This document shows positions 40,300 through 46,738 of a stretch of DNA of 46,738 bases, one piece after another. A program made the position numbers and the translations under genes. Origin of the DNA: a virus; IMG/VR virus record IMGVR_UViG_3300025160_000003; one strand, 5' to 3'. Below the pieces are notes generated by a model that did not search any database, had not been told where the DNA came from, and was given only the letters and a program-made list of their open reading frames with translations. Numbering within the stretch: position 1 is the first letter of the stretch; each line of letters opens with the position of its first letter.

Positions 40300-40569
40300 T
40301 ATTGTTGATAGTGCTTAGTCATGAATTAATGCAGCCTAACTAGTATTGAAACTGCACTAACGCATATTCGTCCTCTACCAACAAATGATAAAAGTGCTCG
40401 ATGGATTTGGCGAGTTATATTTGGCTGATAGTACCTCTTACTATCATTTAATGTTCGAGGACTAACAAGAACAACCAATTTCACTCCTATTTATTCCGAG
40501 CGTATTCATAGGAATCCATTTCTAATTAAGTACTGTTCGGCATCTTCAGCACTTAATAGAATTTACTAA

Positions 40570-40965
40570 TTAACCATTAACCGGACGATACTTAGGAACC
40601 TTACCAAGCGAGTTTACTTTCCTATCCTCATAATCATCATTACCAATAAAAACAACAGCCTTTTGACCTTTAAGCTGTTTAGGATCAACAGTATCACCAG
40701 GCTTTAATTCCTGTCCGAGTGAGATATACAATGGAATAATAAATCCCGGTGCTTTGGAATTAAAACTCCATCTTGGAACTGGTACACCTGCAAATGCTGC
40801 ATCACCAGTATCCTTATTAGCAATGATAGTAGCCTTTAAATCCCAATTAGTACTATCACCTGCCTTAGACAAACCTTCTTCTACATCATCAATATTGACA
40901 AGATAGAAAGCAGGGTCAACTACTTTACCAACGAGAAAATCACGATTTGTAAGTGTAAGGTGCAT
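40570..40965 (-). CDS. hypothetical protein (131 aa), possible ssDNA-binding partner of the adjacent ATPase
   Basis: ORF track. The functional guess is from position only. Confidence 0.3.
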   Translation of the reverse strand: MHLTLTNRDFLVGKVVDPAFYLVNIDDVEEGLSKAGDSTNWDLKATIIANKDTGDAAFAGVPVPRWSFNSKAPGFIIPLYISLGQELKPGDTVDPKQLKGQKAVVFIGNDDYEDRKVNSLGKVPKYRPVNG

Positions 40966-40989
40966 TTTGATTTATCCTTGTTTGATTGG

Positions 40990-41181
40990 TTATTCGATTT
41001 TGTTTAAGAAATTTTGAATGATTGGGTTAGTATCTAATAATTCTAATGCCTCCTTTGCGCGTTCTCCAATTTCAATTTGACGTAAGAGTTGTTCACGAAT
41101 TGATTGCTTTTTAGGTAATTGAAATTGTTCAAATCCTGCTGGCAAATTTCTTACTGGTTGTTTAAAATGACCATTACCCAT
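40990..41181 (-). CDS. hypothetical protein (63 aa)
   Basis: ORF track. Confidence 0.5.
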   Translation of the reverse strand: MGNGHFKQPVRNLPAGFEQFQLPKKQSIREQLLRQIEIGERAKEALELLDTNPIIQNFLNKIE

Positions 41182-41182
41182 T

Positions 41183-41998
41183 TTACTTAACCTTCATCTT
41201 TTCTATCGCTGGTTGAATATACGTTTTATAGAAGTTAATATCTGGTCCAAGCGGCATTATCTTATCAAGCGGTAATACAGTTCGCGCATAATCTTCTGAT
41301 GTATTAACTGTAGATACCTGCACATTAGTTTCTGCACCAATTACTAATGCTGGCTTTAATCCAAACTGATATGTTTCATCACATACAGCAGGAATCTTAG
41401 CAGCAGGTTTACGTCCAGCAGTAACAAGAGTACGAGTAATAGTAATATTTCCAGATAAATCTTTCTGTTCAACTCTAACTACGTGAGCAATTAAAATTAC
41501 ATTAACTTCGCGCAATTGATTTAAATCTTTACTTAAAGCCATCAATTCATTTAATCCAGCACCTTCAGCATTAAAATCTTCTACTTCACTAACATCAATT
41601 CCGCCAATAATTTTACCTGCCGATTCACCTGATTTACGTTTTTGTCCTACTTTAGAATCTAATACTTGACGTAACATCGCATCAGCAATAGTAGTAACGC
41701 TATCAAATATAACAGTTCGATAATTACATGATGTAACCATCTTTTCTAATACTGCTAATGCTGATGGTTGATTATTTGGGCGATGCATTGTCCATGAATT
41801 ATAATCATCATAAGTAATTTTAGATAGATCAATTCCATGCTTTTTAGCCGGTAATGCAAGAGCGCGCATTTTTCTATCGAATGAGAACCAATATTGAGGT
41901 AATGGATAAGTTACTGCTGTAGAAGATTTCCATGTACCTGGGTCGCCCTTCATTAAAGTATAAAGAGCATCATAATTTAGAACTTCTAAGGTTGGCAT
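41183..41998 (-). CDS. RecA-fold ATPase, AAA_24 / Sak4-like (271 aa)
   Basis: Walker A-like GDPGTWKSS, Walker B VIFDSVT. Size and module position are typical of Sak4-like recombination ATPases. Confidence 0.6.
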   Translation of the reverse strand: MPTLEVLNYDALYTLMKGDPGTWKSSTAVTYPLPQYWFSFDRKMRALALPAKKHGIDLSKITYDDYNSWTMHRPNNQPSALAVLEKMVTSCNYRTVIFDSVTTIADAMLRQVLDSKVGQKRKSGESAGKIIGGIDVSEVEDFNAEGAGLNELMALSKDLNQLREVNVILIAHVVRVEQKDLSGNITITRTLVTAGRKPAAKIPAVCDETYQFGLKPALVIGAETNVQVSTVNTSEDYARTVLPLDKIMPLGPDINFYKTYIQPAIEKMKVK

Positions 41999-42000
41999 AT

Positions 42001-42177
42001 TTACTCGTCAGAATAATCAGTTGTTAATACAACAAATTCTTGATTAGAATCATCATTATCATCTTTATCTATAAATATAGATGGTAATATATCATACCAT
42101 CCACCTTCAATTTCGACATTTATAGGAGTTTCAGGTGGATATTTATTTAATTTATCTATTAGTTCTTTTACTGTCAT
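42001..42177 (-). CDS. acidic micro-protein (58 aa)
   Basis: Hand translation MTVKELIDKLNKYPPETPINVEIEGGWYDILPSIFIDKDDNDDSNQEFVVLTTDYSDE. Confidence 0.45.
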   Translation of the reverse strand: MTVKELIDKLNKYPPETPINVEIEGGWYDILPSIFIDKDDNDDSNQEFVVLTTDYSDE

Positions 42178-42260
42178 GATTTACCTGCCATTACCCAATG
42201 AGAACCAATTGAAATAACTGATATAAAAACAATCATAAATACTATTGGAATGATAATCAT
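42174..42260 (-). CDS. tiny membrane protein (28 aa)
   Basis: Hand translation MIIIPIVFMIVFISVISIGSHWVMAGKS. ATGA overlaps on both sides. Confidence 0.35.
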   Translation of the reverse strand: MIIIPIVFMIVFISVISIGSHWVMAGKS

Positions 42261-42463
42261 GTTTTTCTCTTTATAAATTCTAATTTTCTACCTTTTTCTT
42301 TATATAAAACTTCTTCAGTAGTCTTAATTAATCTTCTAGTATGTCTAGCATTATAAGACTTTTTCATTTGTCTTTCAGCAATTTCTAGGCTATGATGACT
42401 CCAATAGCTTTCATATCTATTTAATGTAGGATTCCATAATTCTATTCTATACGTAGTAATCAT
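42257..42463 (-). CDS. hypothetical basic protein (68 aa)
   Basis: ORF track. Confidence 0.5.
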   Translation of the reverse strand: MITTYRIELWNPTLNRYESYWSHHSLEIAERQMKKSYNARHTRRLIKTTEEVLYKEKGRKLEFIKRKT

Positions 42464-42723
42464 TATAATCCCATCTTCTCCACTAAATTATTAATCAATT
42501 CCTTCTTAGCACTATTAGTACATCTATCACAATGAGGTTTAGACAAATCAAGAGCGCGCGCATCTAATATAAATGTTTCACCACAACGATTACAAACAGA
42601 GAATCTACCTACGGCAAATGGCTTTTCTACTTTATGCACACATCCAGGTAGCGCGCACTTAAAAAATTGCTTAGTGGAATTTGAAGATAATTTAACTCTA
42701 ACGTACTTATGGATGTGCTTCAT
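42463..42723 (-). CDS. zinc-finger protein (86 aa)
   Basis: CALPGC..x..CNRCG..x..CDRC. Confidence 0.55.
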   Translation of the reverse strand: MKHIHKYVRVKLSSNSTKQFFKCALPGCVHKVEKPFAVGRFSVCNRCGETFILDARALDLSKPHCDRCTNSAKKELINNLVEKMGL

Positions 42724-42726
42724 AAC

Positions 42727-42984
42727 CTAATTAATCTTATTCTTTGGTAACTTACTTTCATTTAAATCTAATTTCATTGACGGAATTCCCATTGAAGTTA
42801 AGAATTCATTTGCATAATTACTCAATAAGAACGCGCAAATCAAATGAAATGCATTAAAGTTTTCTTCACTTGAGGTAATGTAATCCATCATTAATACAGT
42901 TTCAGCTGATAAATTATTCTTTTCATCACCAATTTCTTGATTAAATATTTTACGTAATCCATCGTAGTTATTGGTCATCATCAA
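42727..42984 (-). CDS. hypothetical protein (85 aa)
   Basis: ORF track. Confidence 0.5.
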   Translation of the reverse strand: MMMTNNYDGLRKIFNQEIGDEKNNLSAETVLMMDYITSSEENFNAFHLICAFLLSNYANEFLTSMGIPSMKLDLNESKLPKNKIN

Positions 42985-43153
42985 TTTCTTTTCTTACTTT
43001 TTCAAAAACAAGAAAAAGCAGTATTCCAGTAACAAAGAAAAGAAAAAAGTTTCCCCAATCTTTAGGCCAAATTCCATAGGTATAATAAAAGTTACCTAAG
43101 GTTTGTAATGTCATTAATCCAAGTATACTTATCATTGCAATAAATTTAGTCAT
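42968..43153 (-). CDS. two-TM small membrane protein (61 aa)
   Basis: FIAMISILGLMTLQTLG and FFLFFVTGILLFLVF. Confidence 0.5.
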   Translation of the reverse strand: MTKFIAMISILGLMTLQTLGNFYYTYGIWPKDWGNFFLFFVTGILLFLVFEKVRKEIDDDQ

Positions 43154-43155
43154 AA

Positions 43156-44058
43156 TTAATCATCACCATTCAAAATGTCCCATTTTTTTCCAACTTTAAA
43201 ATAAACTCTTAATACTTCTTCCCTAACAGATTTATCAGTTTCGTCTACTTCTTTAAATCTACAAAGCCCATACTTATTTTCACAATGAGTAAAGTTCATT
43301 GGAAAGTTACCTGCTTCAGTATAAGCAAATAACATATTAACGTAATAAGGTACGATTTCAGTTCGCCATTCTTCTAATCGTGATAATGAATAAGTAATTG
43401 GAACTCTAAGAAATTTCTCATTAGGTTTAAGAGTTTTCTGAAATCCAATCTTATCTATCATTACCATTCGTGAGCCAATTACATGACATTGACCCATGAA
43501 TTGATTATTCATTGAAATAGTATCGCGCTTTTGTTTCATAGTTTTAATATCCATAGGCATAATAGCCAATGGAGTATCAATTACGCGATCTAATTTCGCC
43601 GCCCACATAATTCTTATTTCACTATCTTCATAAATCAAACGCTTTTTAGTTACTTCAGCTTCAAGTATTGTATTAGAATCATTCTTCCAATAATCGAAGT
43701 ATTGCTCCATCGTAGAGAAAACATCTTTTACTGATACAATTTTACCATTATCTGATTCTAATGGAACGTTTTCGATACCAGTATGAGATTCATCTTTAAT
43801 AAACTTATTAATTGGTGAAAATGGTTTTACATATTCCTTACCAGCTTCATAACCAATTAATACAGCGTCGTTATAACTTTTACCTTCAATTCGCGCTTTT
43901 GCAAACCATTCAGCAATTACATGAACTAAACTACCTGTACCTAATGCTGGAGATTTACCAGTAACAGATACTAAATCTCTATTAAATGTATAATCAAATA
44001 ATTGTGGACAAGCCATTAATGTAGTTAACATTTGGCTGTCTATTACGATGTTTTTCAT
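43156..44058 (-). CDS. PD-(D/E)XK nuclease, RecB/Cas4-like exonuclease (300 aa)
   Basis: GTGSLVHVIAEWF, KLDRVID...MPMDIKTMK (D...D-x-K), C-terminal Cys pair HCENKYGLC. Confidence 0.62.
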   Translation of the reverse strand: MKNIVIDSQMLTTLMACPQLFDYTFNRDLVSVTGKSPALGTGSLVHVIAEWFAKARIEGKSYNDAVLIGYEAGKEYVKPFSPINKFIKDESHTGIENVPLESDNGKIVSVKDVFSTMEQYFDYWKNDSNTILEAEVTKKRLIYEDSEIRIMWAAKLDRVIDTPLAIMPMDIKTMKQKRDTISMNNQFMGQCHVIGSRMVMIDKIGFQKTLKPNEKFLRVPITYSLSRLEEWRTEIVPYYVNMLFAYTEAGNFPMNFTHCENKYGLCRFKEVDETDKSVREEVLRVYFKVGKKWDILNGDD

Positions 44059-44067
44059 TTAGATAAC

Positions 44068-44241
44068 CTAAAATGAAAAACATCCATAAGGATTTAAAAT
44101 ACTTGCTGCCCATCCAAAACAAGCAGAACATAATCTTTCTAAATGATTTTTATCATCTTTCCATATGTAAGTATTAATAGTTTCTTTTGAAAAACCTTTA
44201 CAAACTGAACATTTAGCTTCATTTTTAGTATGAATTCTCAT
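44068..44241 (-). CDS. zinc-ribbon micro-protein (57 aa)
   Basis: Hand translation MRIHTKNEAKCSVCKGFSKETINTYIWKDDKNHLERLCSACFGWAASILNPYGCFSF. Confidence 0.45.
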   Translation of the reverse strand: MRIHTKNEAKCSVCKGFSKETINTYIWKDDKNHLERLCSACFGWAASILNPYGCFSF

Positions 44242-44441
44242 TTTACATACCTACCTAATAACTGTTTCCAATTCTTCAAATTAATTAAACTATTCTTTAG
44301 CAAATCTTCTAATACATCTCTACATGAACGACACAAATTTCTATCGTCATCAAAGTTCATAGTAGGACATATGTCATTAGATATAACACAAGGATATTCT
44401 TTATTACAATAACGACATTTATGGATATGTTCGGTACACAT
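44238..44441 (-). CDS. zinc-ribbon micro-protein (67 aa)
   Basis: CRYC..x..C..x..CRSC. Confidence 0.55.
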   Translation of the reverse strand: MCTEHIHKCRYCNKEYPCVISNDICPTMNFDDDRNLCRSCRDVLEDLLKNSLINLKNWKQLLGRYVK

Positions 44442-44446
44442 ATTAA

Positions 44447-44710
44447 TTACTTAAAAGAAACCCAAACATGAAAAACTAACGTATCCATAATCACAGTTCC
44501 AACAAATTGAACATTATTAGGAATATCTAATTCATGTCCAGTTCCACGAATATAAAATTTTCTCTTAGATTTTTGGTTATCAGTATTAACTTTAGCCCAA
44601 ATACAAATATTTTGATATTGTTTATGAGCCGATAAAACTTCTGCATAATCGTACATTTCAACTTCTTGTTCTTCAGTTAATTTTAATGGATACTTATATA
44701 TTGTAATCAT
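44447..44710 (-). CDS. conserved small phage beta-protein (87 aa)
   Basis: IYKYPL......V.M...A.VLS......NICIWAKV.......R.FYIRGTGH resembles a family I recall as widespread in phages. Function unknown. Confidence 0.5.
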   Translation of the reverse strand: MITIYKYPLKLTEEQEVEMYDYAEVLSAHKQYQNICIWAKVNTDNQKSKRKFYIRGTGHELDIPNNVQFVGTVIMDTLVFHVWVSFK

Positions 44711-44713
44711 AAA

Positions 44714-44848
44714 TTATTTCTTTTTATCCTTAATAACTAAAAATGTCTTACCACAAACCGCGCACAACCAAACCCAAACATCTAACTTTTCAAATATCTT
44801 TTCTAGCATTGATAAATCACTATTAAAACAATGGGGGCATTTTGTCAT
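44714..44848 (-). CDS. zinc-ribbon micro-protein (44 aa)
   Basis: Hand translation MTKCPHCFNSDLSMLEKIFEKLDVWVWLCAVCGKTFLVIKDKKK. Confidence 0.4.
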   Translation of the reverse strand: MTKCPHCFNSDLSMLEKIFEKLDVWVWLCAVCGKTFLVIKDKKK

Positions 44849-45036
44849 AAAACTTTACGAAGTTCTTTATTTCTAATATTTCTTATAATTTCTTTTGGTG
44901 AAAGAAAATTTATCTTAAATGGATTATAATTATGAATAATAGACATATCATATTTCTTAATCTTTGGTGTTCTATTATTTTTTCCATTAGGAACCTTATC
45001 AGTACCTAGTAATTTACGACGTTTAGATTCGCCCAT
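44845..45036 (-). CDS. small basic protein (63 aa)
   Basis: ORF track. Lys/Arg/Asn-rich. Confidence 0.5.
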   Translation of the reverse strand: MGESKRRKLLGTDKVPNGKNNRTPKIKKYDMSIIHNYNPFKINFLSPKEIIRNIRNKELRKVL

Positions 45037-45038
45037 GA

Positions 45039-46682
45039 TTATCTTTTACCTTTATTCATTATTCTTTGCGCGAGTTCCATTATGATATTCTTTTCTTCCC
45101 AAACTGGCATCTTACCTTTATTCATACTTGAGTGAAACGCGCGTCTTTTACTTTCAACTATTCCATCTAAATCTATATCTATTGTATTATCAGCATGCAT
45201 ATATCTAGCATTAATCTGAGTAGCCTTTTGTCCTATACGTGGAAATCTACCTTCTGCTTGTTCTTCATTAGCAGGATTCCATTGTCTTTCATGCATAATA
45301 CAATCAGCACAAGTTTGTAAATTTAATGCTTCACCGCTTGCTAATGTTGATGCAATAAGTAATCGATATTTAGTAGAATTAAACTTATCTTGAGTTTCAC
45401 CACGTTCTAACGAACTCATTTCAGCAGTTAATTTTAATACAGGTGGAAACGCATTTTCATTACACCATTTTTCCATCTGATTAAATATTAATCTACCACA
45501 TTCTTTATGATGAACGAAGATAACTAATTTTCTATCAGTTTCTTCTAAAAATTCTTGTGCTAATTCTACCGTAGTTGGAACTTTACTAATACCAATTATC
45601 TGACGCATTGCATTAAAGGTATCATTTAATTGGCGTGAAACATCAAATGAACCTTCGGTTCCTTCTAATATAGCGTCTTTCATAATCGCGCGAATTACAT
45701 CTTCTTCTTTATTATATGCTTTACGCGCATGTTCGGGAACTTCACATATATTACGTGTTCGATTTATTAATGGTAACTCAGGTAATACTTCAATACGTTC
45801 ACGTCTAATTTGAATATGCTTAGTTAATTCGCGGAATTTTTCAGGATTAAGAATTCCACCTTCAACTACTTTACCGCCATAACCTAAGTAGGTATCCACC
45901 CAACGATTAATAAATTGTTGTCTTTCAGGGAATAGCTTAGAGTCCAAAATATTTAGTATATTAAAATATTCACTACCACGATTTTTCCAGGGAGTTCCAC
46001 TTAAAGCAATTACTTGTGGAATTTCTGATGCTAACCTACGAACTGCTTTAGTTTGAATTGCATCAGGATTTTTAATTGCTTGACATTCATCTAAAATAAG
46101 AGTTTTAACTCCCATTTCCAAAAATTCTTCAGGAGATTTATTTCTCAATCCTGCATATGACGTTATATAGTTCATATTCGGCCACAATATATCACGACTA
46201 CTATTTATCGGTTGTGGCATTGAATCTGGATCTATAACGCGCACAATTTCTTTACCATGTTGATATTTAGAACCGGCTTTAGTTACCCAAATAAATGGCT
46301 CGGAGATTAACTTATTAAACTTTAAGTAAGCTAACGCTTGCATTGTCTTGCCTAATCCACAATCATCAGCAATAAGAAAGCGTCCGTTATTCTGTTCAAT
46401 AAGACGCGCACCTATTACTTGAAATGGATATAATCTATGTGCTCCACAAATTAAACACTCATTCTTATTCCAATCATGAAAACAATTAGGATTAGTAACA
46501 TCCCAAATTAACTTATCATAATTAGATAACGCGCGTGGTTTAGTTAGTATTAAATGATTACATTCTAAAGTAATTAATTGACTGACACCTAATTTAGGAT
46601 GATTTAATTCCTGAATAGATTTAGTCTTAGCTACTTTACTACATGTTGGACAATGTTCACTTAGTTGCGTTACAAGAGACAT
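45039..46682 (-). CDS. SNF2-family helicase/ATPase with an N-terminal zinc finger (547 aa)
   Basis: Motif I ADDCGLGKT, motif II LILDECQ, C-terminal helicase motifs incl. QAEGR. CPTC..x..C.H at the N-terminus. Confidence 0.85.
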   Translation of the reverse strand: MSLVTQLSEHCPTCSKVAKTKSIQELNHPKLGVSQLITLECNHLILTKPRALSNYDKLIWDVTNPNCFHDWNKNECLICGAHRLYPFQVIGARLIEQNNGRFLIADDCGLGKTMQALAYLKFNKLISEPFIWVTKAGSKYQHGKEIVRVIDPDSMPQPINSSRDILWPNMNYITSYAGLRNKSPEEFLEMGVKTLILDECQAIKNPDAIQTKAVRRLASEIPQVIALSGTPWKNRGSEYFNILNILDSKLFPERQQFINRWVDTYLGYGGKVVEGGILNPEKFRELTKHIQIRRERIEVLPELPLINRTRNICEVPEHARKAYNKEEDVIRAIMKDAILEGTEGSFDVSRQLNDTFNAMRQIIGISKVPTTVELAQEFLEETDRKLVIFVHHKECGRLIFNQMEKWCNENAFPPVLKLTAEMSSLERGETQDKFNSTKYRLLIASTLASGEALNLQTCADCIMHERQWNPANEEQAEGRFPRIGQKATQINARYMHADNTIDIDLDGIVESKRRAFHSSMNKGKMPVWEEKNIIMELAQRIMNKGKR

Positions 46683-46738
46683 AAAATCAAAATTATTAAT
46701 TAGATGGTTTAAGTTATTTGGATGTAGATGTTTTTTAG
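46640..46738. repeat. second copy of the 99-bp terminal overlap (identical to 1..99)
   Basis: Same string as 1..99. It overlaps the SNF2 start codon region, so it is coding sequence, not a dedicated terminal element. Confidence 0.9.

Noticed and set aside
1-46738. Search for a CRISPR array, reverse transcriptase (DGR/retron), integrase/att sites, toxin-antitoxin pair, or stop-codon recoding
   Set aside because: There is no regularly spaced repeat array and no RT motif (YxDD context) in any ORF. There is no tyrosine or serine recombinase signature. Long uninterrupted ORFs appear under the standard code on the expected strands. Nothing supports these systems.

Overview
The window appears to be one complete, circularly assembled genome of about 46.64 kb. 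The first 99 bp are identical to the last 99 bp. It is an AT-rich tailed dsDNA phage with podovirus-like gene content.

Organisation:
- Rightward arm (5843..32331, + strand): small membrane and lysis-type proteins, large terminase, portal, scaffold, major capsid, tail and fibre-like proteins, an M15 endolysin, a GNAT-like protein and three large internal-virion or ejection-type proteins.
- Leftward arm (2107 down to 1, continuing through the junction from 46682 down to 32324, - strand): SNF2 helicase, PD-(D/E)XK nuclease, Sak4-like ATPase, a UDG-exonuclease-PolA fusion polymerase tightly bracketed by two paralogous HNH endonuclease genes, a DUF3987-like protein, two cold-shock-domain proteins, many zinc-ribbon micro-proteins, a SLOG/DUF2493 protein, a MazG/DUF1599-like protein and two tRNAs.
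- Control island (about 2108..5842): a 3.7-kb segment between the two arms that is visibly GC-richer. It holds every consensus sigma70-type promoter I could recognise (TTGACA-N17-TAnnnT), several long perfect hairpins and terminators, seven or eight micro-genes of 39-120 aa sharing a GAGGTAA-type ribosome-binding site (RBS), and more than 1.5 kb without any ORF.

I saw no integrase, repressor, reverse transcriptase, CRISPR array, phage RNA polymerase or stop-codon recoding.

The most unusual signals are:
1. The GC-rich, promoter- and hairpin-dense island, with candidate non-coding RNAs or long leaders.
2. A genome-wide excess, roughly tenfold or more by hand count, of the pentamer GCGCG/CGCGC. 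It occurs in all reading frames and in intergenic hairpins, often as close pairs.
3. The HNH-PolA(UDG)-HNH block.
4. A tRNA with anticodon UAA but a short variable arm.

All functional calls rest on motif recognition and synteny read by eye. No database search was run.
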